Of a stretch of 28,866 nucleotides of DNA, positions 17,454-26,462 are shown piece by piece. Below the pieces are notes generated by a model, which did no database searches, was not told where the DNA came from, and saw only the letters and a program-made list of their open reading frames with translations. Source of the DNA: Pseudobdellovibrionaceae bacterium (GTDB taxonomy: Bacteria > Bdellovibrionota > Bdellovibrionia > Bdellovibrionales > Bdellovibrionaceae); NCBI GenBank assembly GCA_044359815.1, contig JBIKLL010000028.1, positions 1 through 28,866 on the forward strand, read 5' to 3'. Within the stretch, counting starts at the first letter, position 1. Each line of letters opens with the position of its first letter. A program made the position numbers and the translations under genes.

Positions 17454-18203
17454 ATGGAACTTGCCGCGAGCCCAAAGAAAACATTGCCCATCCTATTTCA
17501 GGATCAGGATTTGATCGTCGTGAACAAGAGATCAGGGCTTTTGGTTCATCGAACCGCTATTGATGGTCATTCGACAGAGTTTGCTATGCAGATTGTTCGC
17601 GATCAAATTGGCTGCCATGTTTACCCTGTGCACCGATTGGATCGGGCAACCTCTGGGGCATTGGTTTTTGCCTTGTCATCAAAGGCAGCCCGATTTTTAA
17701 CCCAAGAATTTACAGAGGGACGGGTTGGGAAAAATTATTTGGCCGTTGTGCGAGGCTTTTCACCTGATACAAAGCTGATTGATTACCCGTTAAAAGAAAT
17801 TACCGAATTAAAAAATAAAAATGAAGTTAAAAAATCCATGCCTGAACAGACGGCTCAAACTTATATTCAGACTTTGGCAAAGATAGAAATCAATCAATGT
17901 GTGGATAAATTTCCGACGTCCCGATATTCGCTCGTCAAAGCGCAACCAAAAACGGGTAGGAATCATCAGATCAGGCGCCATCTGCGGCATTTGGGTCATC
18001 CTATCATTGGGGATGTGAACTATGGGTCAGGTGTGCACAATCGCTTTTTTAGACAGAACTATCAAAGCCACCGTTTGCTTTTGGCTTGCACTGAGATTTC
18101 GTTTTTACACCCCACTAAAAACGAAGTCGTCCATGTGAAGGCGCCGTTGGCAGAAGATTTTAGTCAGTTGATAGATCAGCTTGGTTGGGCCTATGTTGGA
18201 TAA
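17454..18203 (+). CDS. truC: tRNA pseudouridine synthase, TruC-like (RluA family)
   Basis: VNKRSGLLVHR, MQIVRDQIG, HRLDRATSG (catalytic Asp), PKTGRNHQIRRHL, HPIIGD. Confidence 0.85.
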   Translation: MELAASPKKTLPILFQDQDLIVVNKRSGLLVHRTAIDGHSTEFAMQIVRDQIGCHVYPVHRLDRATSGALVFALSSKAARFLTQEFTEGRVGKNYLAVVRGFSPDTKLIDYPLKEITELKNKNEVKKSMPEQTAQTYIQTLAKIEINQCVDKFPTSRYSLVKAQPKTGRNHQIRRHLRHLGHPIIGDVNYGSGVHNRFFRQNYQSHRLLLACTEISFLHPTKNEVVHVKAPLAEDFSQLIDQLGWAYVG

Positions 18204-18882
18204 ACAAAAAATTTCAAGGCTTCGCAAAACCATCGATCCCTGTCAGGTTTGCTTTTTACACCAAGACAGGTGCATTTGTTCCCAGATTCCCAAACTTGAA
18301 TTAAAAACCAAACTCAGTCTGATCATCCATGCCAAGGAATTAAAGCGAACCACTAACACCGGCCGATTGGCGGTGCAGGCTTTGGTAAATTCAGAGATGC
18401 TTGTGCGCGGGATAGATCGGGAAAAGCTGGATTTAAGTTCGATTTTATCAAAGGATTATGAAAGTGTTGTTTTATACCCAGCCGCTGACGCCATCGCGCT
18501 GAGCACATTAAAGCCGCGAAAGCCGATTCATTTGATAGTTTCAGATGGGAATTGGCGCCAAGCCAATAAAATTAATAGCAGACACCCTGAGCTTCAACAT
18601 TTACCGCGAGTGAAAGTCACTTTAATCGGCCCGCAGGAAAAAACTCTGGGTGGATCGCAGGACAGCCAACCGCAAAGCCAGCCTGTGCAGAGGTTAAGGA
18701 AAGAACATGTTGAAGGCGGTTTGTCCACTTTGGAAGCCATAGCATTGGCGATAGCAGCCATTGAAGGGGATGAGGTCGGAAAAGTGTTGATGAATCTTTA
18801 CCGAGCAAAACTGAGTGCCACTTTGATCGGCAGAGGGATCAAGCCAAATGACTTTCAAAGTAGCCAGCAAAACTCACCATAA
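18193..18882 (+). CDS. DTW-domain protein, tRNA-uridine aminocarboxypropyltransferase-like
   Basis: CQVC...CIC, HAKELKRTTNTG, LYP, DGNWRQA, LSTLEA; ATG 18193 overlaps the truC end by 11 bp. Confidence 0.88.
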   Translation: MLDKQKISRLRKTIDPCQVCFLHQDRCICSQIPKLELKTKLSLIIHAKELKRTTNTGRLAVQALVNSEMLVRGIDREKLDLSSILSKDYESVVLYPAADAIALSTLKPRKPIHLIVSDGNWRQANKINSRHPELQHLPRVKVTLIGPQEKTLGGSQDSQPQSQPVQRLRKEHVEGGLSTLEAIALAIAAIEGDEVGKVLMNLYRAKLSATLIGRGIKPNDFQSSQQNSP

Positions 18883-18885
18883 AAA

Positions 18886-19371
18886 TTAGGATACTTTGCG
18901 CCTTTGTGCGAGCTCGTTTCGCAGGGCCAAAACAAAATGATCGAATTCACCAGGTATGGGAAATAAATCAGCTAGAATAAGTAGACTGGTGTTTCGAAAA
19001 CCAACTTTTATTCCCTTCACATGCTTATGGCCAGACCCGCTAACGTTTTGAATCTGCTCAAAGGGAACTTTGAGTTCGCCCCGAAAAACTGAAGGAGAAA
19101 GAATAAAACCTTTGTCAGTAACCAACAAATATGTTGTTCCCATGGCAATTGAATAAATAAATGAAACGACATGTATTACAACTAATGAAGACAGAATCCC
19201 CATGATTGCATAGTAGAAAATTGTCTCTTGGTCCTTGGTGAAATTGCGAAAGCCGTTTTCGTTTGTTGAATGAAGAAAATAAATGAAAGACATTAGTAGG
19301 CCTATTTTGAACATGTATTTTAGAAATGCTTTAATGCTATAGCCATATTCAAATTGATATTTAATATTCAC
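18886..19371 (-). CDS. Hypothetical membrane protein (2 TM plus small soluble domain)
   Basis: 161-aa AT-rich ORF, GTG start with AGGG upstream. Confidence 0.65.
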   Translation of the reverse strand: MNIKYQFEYGYSIKAFLKYMFKIGLLMSFIYFLHSTNENGFRNFTKDQETIFYYAIMGILSSLVVIHVVSFIYSIAMGTTYLLVTDKGFILSPSVFRGELKVPFEQIQNVSGSGHKHVKGIKVGFRNTSLLILADLFPIPGEFDHFVLALRNELAQRRKVS

Positions 19372-19558
19372 AGAGTTCCCCTGGTAACTATTCTGAACAT
19401 CTCACTGGTTGATTATAGCATTTCATTGAACTTCATCTGAATAAAAGATCCATACCTGTCTACTTTTGAGTCACTCAATTGTAAGTAGCTAGGGGGGGGC
19501 CGCGCGGTAATGAATGCGGAATTGCACGGGGGACAGCGAAATGGACCGGTCTCTTTTT

Positions 19559-20476
19559 TTAGCTATAGCCCTGCGCTTGCAATTTAAATAGCTGGGCATA
19601 GCGACCAGGATTTTTTATGAGTTGATCATGGGATCCTTGCTCTTGAATCATTCCGTGTTCAAGAACGATAATATGATCGGCTAAACGAGCCAATGGAAAG
19701 CGATGCGAGATGATCAAACTGGTTTTGCCGATTGTGAGCTCATGAAATTTCTCAAAGGCGAGAGCTTCAGCTTCAGGATCCAAAGCCGCAGTAGGCTCGT
19801 CCAAAATCAAAATATCGGCTTCATCCCGCATAAAGGCCCGCGAGAGCGCAATCTTCTGCCACTGCCCACCACTGATTTCGACTCCACTTTTAAACCAAGT
19901 CCCCAGTGAGGTCTGCAATCCCTCCGGCAATTCCGAAACCAAGTCTTGGGCTCCTGCGCGATTCACAGCTGAACGGATATGGACTGCGTCGTCCAAAAAT
20001 TTAGCATCACCAACACCAATATTTTCCTGAACTGTTAATTGATATTTATTAAAATCTTGAAACACCAGACTTAGGTGCTTGCCAATCGCTGAAAGGCAAG
20101 ACTGAAAAGCTTGCTGTCCTTGCCGAAAAACAACCACGTAGAGCGTGAGATTTCCTAAGGTCATCTTTCCTGTTGCAGCGGCAATGGCAACGATCAGATA
20201 ACAAGAATAAAAAGCGAACGACGACAGCAATGAAAGCAGAGTCACCCAAAGAGTTCTTCGTTTAGACAGACCGCTATCTTCTTTATAAAAACTTTCAGCA
20301 AGGCTTTTGTAGCGATCTAAAAACTTTCGACCAAGCGCAAACACGCGCAGTTCTTTGGCGTGAGTATCGGTTGCCAAAACTAGCTGAGGCGAAGCCTTAA
20401 TAGCTAAGCCAATGCCCTTCGTTGTTGTCAGAAAATGATCTTTGAAAACTCGAGGCGCCTCATCAGACTTGAGCAT
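19559..20476 (-). pseudogene. Internally deleted ABC exporter (fused TMD-NBD type)
   Basis: Has Q-loop VFQD, signature ISGGQWQ, Walker B ILILDE and H-loop ISHR but no Walker A; only part of the TMD remains; 305 aa versus about 600 typical. Confidence 0.8.
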
Positions 20477-20718
20477 GGTTATCCTTTGGGTATGAGGACT
20501 CAGTTTTCATTCTGCATCTTTATCTTTACAGGAGCTGAAGGTCAATGCGCCCAAAAGTAGTCTTTTTGGTAAGACAAATTATCAACATATCTGAGTCTAT
20601 TGAGGCAGCTGTTATCAGAATTCATTTACCAAAAAAATGAATTTTGCAGACCAGTAATTATGACGAGGGAAGTACACAATAAGGTCGATATAACTATAGA
20701 GCCAGTGAGTGAGTGGTT

Positions 20719-21231
20719 TTAGATTATGCGGTTTGACGGCATAATTGAGCCTTGTAAATCATCTAGGGGATTATTTATAAAAATATGCGAACGAATAAAT
20801 GTATCCATATCAATAAATTCTCCCTGCTTAAGATATTTTTTCATGGCTGAATAGTAAAATCCCCGATTTATGTTCGTGTTTAGAAATGGTGTAAATCCTA
20901 ATGCAGCCAAATTGATGTCTGCAATAAATCGTGCAGTCCGGCCATTGCCATTAGAAAAAGGGTGAATACCAATTAATTCACAATGTGCCTTAACGATGTC
21001 TTCAATTGTTTTTGGATTTTGAAATTTTTTAAAATATTGATCCAACAACGATCCAAGGCTTTCTGGAATTGGGAAAAAGTGAATAAATTCATTCTCTGTG
21101 TCGATGATTCCAGCTTCCAAATTTCGATAGTCCGAATTGGCCAGGCCTCGGCTCATTGCGTTCACTAACCTGAGTGAATCATGACTCAATTTAAATGTTC
21201 CATCTGAATTTATAAAAGTATTTATAATCAT
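20719..21231 (-). CDS. Fic/Doc family protein
   Basis: IHPFSNGNGRTAR motif. Confidence 0.9.
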   Translation of the reverse strand: MIINTFINSDGTFKLSHDSLRLVNAMSRGLANSDYRNLEAGIIDTENEFIHFFPIPESLGSLLDQYFKKFQNPKTIEDIVKAHCELIGIHPFSNGNGRTARFIADINLAALGFTPFLNTNINRGFYYSAMKKYLKQGEFIDMDTFIRSHIFINNPLDDLQGSIMPSNRII

Positions 21232-21244
21232 TTATTTACCAGGG

Positions 21245-21281
21245 AATAAAGCGGGGGGGGGTGCGCCTCCCCCGTTTTATT
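21245..21281. terminator. GC-rich hairpin between the small ORF and fic
   Basis: AATAAAGCGGGGGGGG-GTGCG-CCTCCCCCGTTTTATT. Confidence 0.55.
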
Positions 21282-21294
21282 TTAAATATTTTAG

Positions 21295-21552
21295 TTATTG
21301 TTTAATTAATGAATCTGAAAAATTACTGACGCCAAAATTTTTCAAATCTTGATTTAGGACTTCGCGATTGAGAGCTCCGCACTGATTTTTTAAAAGCTCA
21401 ATTTTGCTGAAGTCATTGTTTCTATATGCTTCCATTATCTTTTCTCTAATTTGTATAGTAGCAACATCAGTTTCATATTGGGCTGCTACATTTTTGCTGG
21501 TGGCAATGCTTGCTGTTAACGCCGCAATGGCCATAATTTGCTTTGGGTTCAT
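21295..21552 (-). CDS. Small protein (85 aa) with signal-peptide-like N-terminus
   Basis: Strong RBS AAGGAGA before ATG; MNPKQIMAIAALTASIATSKNVAA. Confidence 0.72.
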   Translation of the reverse strand: MNPKQIMAIAALTASIATSKNVAAQYETDVATIQIREKIMEAYRNNDFSKIELLKNQCGALNREVLNQDLKNFGVSNFSDSLIKQ

Positions 21553-22031
21553 AATTTCTCCTTTGTTTGTTGTGGTTAACTTGAGTCGTTTATAACCAGA
21601 TGTTTTTTATAAAACCAGTTTTCTGCGTACAATCCGTTCGCTGGAGCGAACGCCTTATAATCAAACCAGTTAAAGATAGCGGGAATACCCTGGCCGATTT
21701 GCAATCACTTAAATCTTTAAAGAATAGGGCGTATTAACGGTGTAATCGGCGTAATGGGTAAACAAATATGAGTCTTTAAACTTTTCAAGTTCTCTATGCG
21801 CATGCACTTTAGGGCTCAATAGAATTAATTCTGTCAGAATAATTCGAATCATTTTCTGTGCCGCCTAACCTTATTTTTTGAGTTCATTTTTCATTTCTTG
21901 CCGTTGAATGCATTTAGCAAGGCTTCCTTTGCACTTACCAAAAGTCTCAAGCAGCCCCAAAGGCTTGCAATTTTTTCCGTCAGCATCGCACTCTTTAGAC
22001 TCACTCGGCCGGGCCTGTGCAGGCGTAGGAT

Positions 22032-22550
22032 TTGTGGTCGCTGTCTGCCGCCGGAGACGTGATCTACAAGTTCAAAAAGCCTTGGGATGATGGGACGTCT
22101 GCTATAAAGATGACACCCATGGAGCTGATGGAAAAGCTTGCGGCCTTGGTTCCAAGACCCAGGGTTCATCTGACCAGATTCCACGGCGTGCTTGCCCCGC
22201 ACTACAAATACAGAAAACAAATCGTGCCGGTGAAGATTGTGGAGCCTGAGCTATTGGTGATGGAGCCGGCAAATGTCGGCCAAGAAATCCCATCAGAAAA
22301 ACCTAAGGCCAAAGCCAAACGGATGTCCTGGGCAAGGCTCTTGAAGCGGGTGTTCAATATCGATGTCTCCACTTGCAATAAGTGCCAAGGAAAAGTCCGC
22401 ATCATCTCAGCCATTGAAGACCCCAAAATCATCAAGCAGATCCTAGATCACCTGCATCTTCCATCCACGGCGCCTAGGCTTATGCCTGCCAGAGGGCCGC
22501 CCAATTCAGATCAAGGCGACATATTCTCGCAAGAAAATTTCCAGGAATAG
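22032..22550 (+). pseudogene. 5'-truncated IS91-family rolling-circle transposase
   Basis: PMELMEKLAALVPRPRVHLTRFHGVLAP, SWARLLKRVFNID, CxxC, AIEDP..I..IL.HL, ARGPP; no HUH motif or catalytic Tyr region. Confidence 0.88.
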
Positions 22551-22760
22551 CCAAGTCTACAGATCACCCAAAGGTCTGTCCGGGCATTACCATTTCTTAA
22601 GCCTTCAAAAATCGATCAACGTCGTCAAAAAGTTCATAAAAATCAGTGCCTTTGGGAGAAACTCGTTGAAAAGACAGGCCCAAAATGCGGAGATTAAATT
22701 CGAGCAGGCCGATGTCTACTCCTTATATAGGACAGAAATGGGCTTTAAATGACCTATCCT
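22032..22760 (+). mobile_element. IS91/ISCR-family element remnant (3' part plus oriIS end)
   Basis: C-terminal transposase fragment followed about 190 bp later by GGGCTTTAAATGACCTATCC (22740-22759), which resembles the ISCR oriIS end GCGTTTGAACTTCCTATAC. Confidence 0.8.
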
Positions 22761-23251
22761 CCCAAGATCCACGACGTCATAGTAATGAAAATTCGAGATA
22801 AATAATGCCGAATCTGGGAGCGCGTAATTAGAGATCCGTATCGATTTACTCTGCTGCCAAAAATTGCGAGTGAATTTCTATTAAAATGATTGCGGTAAAT
22901 GATAAGATTTCGGACTTCCGTCAGGGGCGTTGCAAGATCTGCGTCCCAGAACCCCAGCCAAGTGTAATCCGAAAGATTAAAATATTGGCCAGCGGCCAAC
23001 ATTCCCGCGCGGATAGCCTCGCCCTTTCCGCCATTTTTAGCGCAGCGGTAAAGAGCACACTTTGATTTTGCATTTTTATTTTCATCAATAAACTTTTGAA
23101 TCAAATTGCAGGTTTCATCTGTTGAGCCATCATCAACAAAAAATAAATCAATCGACGGATCGATGTCTGTTTTGAAAGAATCGAATTTTAGACGGGCGGC
23201 TTCATTGTAGCAGGGAATCAGTAAAAGGGTTTTATCCGATGATATTTGCAT
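22754..23251 (-). pseudogene. 3'-truncated GT2 glycosyltransferase (dolichyl-phosphate glucosyltransferase-like)
   Basis: IPCYNEAARL, VDDGSTD, NGGKGEAIRAG, FWDADLATP, GSR; ends at WILGG* where the stop codon lies inside the IS end; the expected DxQCG motif is missing. Confidence 0.82.
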
Positions 23252-23465
23252 TGAAATCAATTCACTCGGGCTTTTGATTGGTAATACCAATTAATATTTT
23301 GAATTTCGGCAATGAGAAGCGGCCTCTTTTTTTTCGTCATAGGCTGGGAGCCTATCAGATGTCTCATGATTTTCAACAAATTAGAAGCTTCGCGAGAGGT
23401 GTTTCTCTTGCGTTTCGGTGATTGGGTTATCTCAAAATCTCCATCGGCTAATAAGAAATGAAACT

Positions 23466-25562
23466 CTAATTTGTCGTGTAGGCCAAAAGATCCTGAAGGA
23501 TGATGCCCTTGAAGTTGGTTTCGAATTGAAGAACCGACCAAGTGGCACCCTCGCCGGCTTTGAAAACGCAAGGACTCATCCATCGGGGTGACCAATACTC
23601 TCCGGAGTCCGGAACCAAGCTGCCGCTTGATGAAATGAGGGAGCAGTTCAAATCACTTGAGCCAACAGGTGCTACCGGTTTGTAGAATGTTACACCGCCA
23701 GAATTGCCTGCTACATTTGCGGTGAAATCCAAAATGGTGTAATCAACGTCTTCCGAAACTTGTCTTTGAAACCCCGGGGCCCCTGAATTTGGAACAATCA
23801 GCATTTGTTGAATTCTTTGCGATCCAAGAGGATTGTTCTGCGCATCGAAGGCTTGCATCTTAAAATATTTTGGGGCTTGGGTGCTGAGAATGTTTCCGCC
23901 AGCAAAGCCATTGATGCAATCGAAATCAAAAAAGCTGGCGTTGGCTTGCACGTTACTGGCATTGCCACACAGATCTGCCTCATTTGGCCCGACATTATCC
24001 GGGTTTCCAGAAACCCATAGACGGTAATAACTGACCTGCTGGGCGTTTGAAGCCATCCACTCGACACGAATGTATTCATGCGAGCTGTGTGCATAATCGC
24101 GACGAATCTTTGAAAACATCATCATTGGAATACTTGAGTTTGTCGAGTTTAGAAAATTGGAAGTCGCCGCACGAAGACTGTAAAATTCACGACCCCAGCT
24201 CTGTTGAGTGAATGGGCAACCCAGCAAGTCTAGATTTGTGACAGAGGTTTGCGCTGGATTGGCAGCGGTCAATGTGGTCTGAGACAAGGTTGTTTCGCCA
24301 ATTTTTTGAAAAGACTGAGCTCGTGCAAATTCAGAACAAGAAATCGAATCAGACATTCCACCGTAGTTTGAATTGCCGCCGGTGCTCTTGGGTCGAGAAA
24401 AAAACTCCACCCCAGAGATCGTTTTTTGATTTCCAAAAAGGCCTGGCCGGAACTGAAATGAAATAGTCAGATCCGACCCTGAACCAGAGGCCTCAATCAA
24501 CTCGCCGTTTGACGAAAAAGGTAAGAATGGGCCTCCGCGAGTCAGCAGATCGGACTCAAGGCTGTTCTGGATTTTTTCTGGATTTAAGCTAATTTGGTTC
24601 ACCAAATCTGGAATCAAGCAAAGAGAATTTGAAGATCTAGGAATCCCCCCAGCAGTTGACCGCATCACTCCGGCTGTTGGGGCGCCTTGAGATCCCAGCC
24701 ATGCAATTGGCGAAGCACCGATGGGGTCCGAATACAGTCTACCCACAAAGGGTCGATTTGAGTCGTGCCAGCAGGCTTGCTTGCCGGTCGATCCTGGTCC
24801 AAAAAAACCGTATATAATTCTTTTTGGACTTCGGGCAACGTAGCTCATGGAGCTGCCATTGATACGCTCGTCAAAATGGTTTGGGATATCTACATGCGCT
24901 CTTTCATCCGCTGCGGCGAACACGGCAGAGCCCAAGTTGACGTTGGTAAAAATTGGCTCACCATCAGCTGCAAACGCATAGCTGGTGTTGACACCCTCAA
25001 ATGCCATCACCGAAAAATAGCCAGCGAACATTTCTGCGTAATCAATCAACATCGGCGGATTGCCATTGGTTGGCGAAAATTTCCAAGCGATTTTACCTGT
25101 AGGTGCAGTGCCATCCGCTCGCAAGTAACGGCCGGTGACCTGGCCCTGCACTGAGGAGACACCATAGGAGGTCACTCCCAATTCAATGCTATTGATCCCC
25201 GGATTAAGGTCCGCAGTTTTGTCTCCGTACACAAAATGCATCGCGCCAGTTTGAGTGTTGATGTAAACACCCATGATCTGGATCAGGCGGGATTTCCCGG
25301 TTGGAACTTCGAGGCTGATCTCCGTGGGTGCGGGTTGCATTGTGGTGCTATCGCTACTAAATTTTTGATTGATCGCGGGCGAGATACCTGGGCCACTGAC
25401 GTTGACAATGACATGCATTAGAACGGTGCTATCAGTGAATTTTGCATTGCCAAGATCCAGGATGAGCCGAGATGATTCAGAAGAACTTCGAGTGCAGCCA
25501 ATCACTAAGAGAGCGACCACTGCATTGGCGACGATCAGTATGACTTTTAATTGGCTCATCAT
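23466..25562 (-). CDS. Large putative lipoprotein, beta-rich
   Basis: Likely start MMSQLKVILIVANAVVALLVIG-C (lipobox-like); about 700 aa, Gly/Ser-rich; ORF track opens at 25622. Confidence 0.75.
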   Translation of the reverse strand: MMSQLKVILIVANAVVALLVIGCTRSSSESSRLILDLGNAKFTDSTVLMHVIVNVSGPGISPAINQKFSSDSTTMQPAPTEISLEVPTGKSRLIQIMGVYINTQTGAMHFVYGDKTADLNPGINSIELGVTSYGVSSVQGQVTGRYLRADGTAPTGKIAWKFSPTNGNPPMLIDYAEMFAGYFSVMAFEGVNTSYAFAADGEPIFTNVNLGSAVFAAADERAHVDIPNHFDERINGSSMSYVARSPKRIIYGFFGPGSTGKQACWHDSNRPFVGRLYSDPIGASPIAWLGSQGAPTAGVMRSTAGGIPRSSNSLCLIPDLVNQISLNPEKIQNSLESDLLTRGGPFLPFSSNGELIEASGSGSDLTISFQFRPGLFGNQKTISGVEFFSRPKSTGGNSNYGGMSDSISCSEFARAQSFQKIGETTLSQTTLTAANPAQTSVTNLDLLGCPFTQQSWGREFYSLRAATSNFLNSTNSSIPMMMFSKIRRDYAHSSHEYIRVEWMASNAQQVSYYRLWVSGNPDNVGPNEADLCGNASNVQANASFFDFDCINGFAGGNILSTQAPKYFKMQAFDAQNNPLGSQRIQQMLIVPNSGAPGFQRQVSEDVDYTILDFTANVAGNSGGVTFYKPVAPVGSSDLNCSLISSSGSLVPDSGEYWSPRWMSPCVFKAGEGATWSVLQFETNFKGIILQDLLAYTTN

Positions 25563-25745
25563 ATAAAAGAACGCTCCGATCCAAGTTATCGGCGATCTTT
25601 GACTTGTTCTGAAGAGGCCCAAAATGAGTCGTATTGGTCTATGAGGTCACTCAATTGGTTGACCCGCCTGGATTATTGGGTTTTGAATGGAGTGAAGGTT
25701 CAAAAATTTTCAGAGCTTCAAAGAAAGAAAAAAGAAGAAAAAAAC

Positions 25746-26408
25746 ATGTGGATCAAAAAAAACTGGAATTGTATCAAAATTGGAATTCTCTCGGGGGTGT
25801 CGATGCTACTCATTTCTTGCTCAGTTCTTGGAATCAGATCTGAAGAAACGCCAAAATATGAGGTCATAACCAATGAGGGTGATAAAGAGATTCGATCCTA
25901 CGCGGGTTATATAGTGGCTAAAACCACGGTGAAAGGCGACTATAGACAGTCCCAGGGTGATGCCTTTCGAATTCTTGCAGGATATATTTTTGGCAAAAAT
26001 GAAAAGAAGCAGAAGATTGCGATGACTGCTCCTGTAACTCAAGAAAAGTCGAGCGAAAGTGAAAAAATCGCGATGACTGCTCCGGTTGTGCAGTCCGAGA
26101 GCCAAGATGGTTGGGTTATGACTTTTTCGATGCCAGCAAAATACAGCATGACGGATCTTCCAACTCCTCAAGACAAAAGAGTGGTGCTTGAGGAGGTCCC
26201 ACCCAAGTTGATGGGCGTGATCCGATATTCTGGGCTGGCTCGACCAAGCACTAACAATCAAATGGCCGAAGAGCTTCGATCTTGGCTGGCTTCGAAAGTC
26301 GATTACGAGATCGTCGCCGGACCCAGTATCGCTGGATATGACCCACCCTGGACCATTCCGCTTTTCAGGCGGAACGAGGCGATGTTCGAGATTAGATTAA
26401 AAAAATAG
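25746..26408 (+). CDS. SOUL heme-binding family protein, probable lipoprotein
   Basis: EETPKYEV, FRILAGYIFGKN, IAMTAPV twice, YDPPWTIPLFRRNE; LISC lipobox; ATG 25746. Confidence 0.92.
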   Translation: MWIKKNWNCIKIGILSGVSMLLISCSVLGIRSEETPKYEVITNEGDKEIRSYAGYIVAKTTVKGDYRQSQGDAFRILAGYIFGKNEKKQKIAMTAPVTQEKSSESEKIAMTAPVVQSESQDGWVMTFSMPAKYSMTDLPTPQDKRVVLEEVPPKLMGVIRYSGLARPSTNNQMAEELRSWLASKVDYEIVAGPSIAGYDPPWTIPLFRRNEAMFEIRLKK

Positions 26409-26462
26409 GCAATCGTTTCCGATAGATCCATCACTGAAACACAGTCACTACAGGATGGGTTT

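Noticed and set aside
7694..21231. Functional link between the two AMPylase families (SelO and Fic)
   Set aside because: More than 11 kb apart in different contexts; likely coincidence
21635..21870. Integron attC/cassette (GTTAGGC on the minus strand at 21869-21863, a 47-codon ORF, and palindrome CGTTCGCT-GG-AGCGAACG at 21635-21652)
   Set aside because: No matching inverse core site with a proper attC stem and no integrase; probably decayed sequence
25551..25745. N-terminal extensions of the SOUL and lipoprotein ORFs that make them overlap
   Set aside because: Signal peptides point to starts at 25746 and 25562/25559, leaving a normal divergent intergenic region
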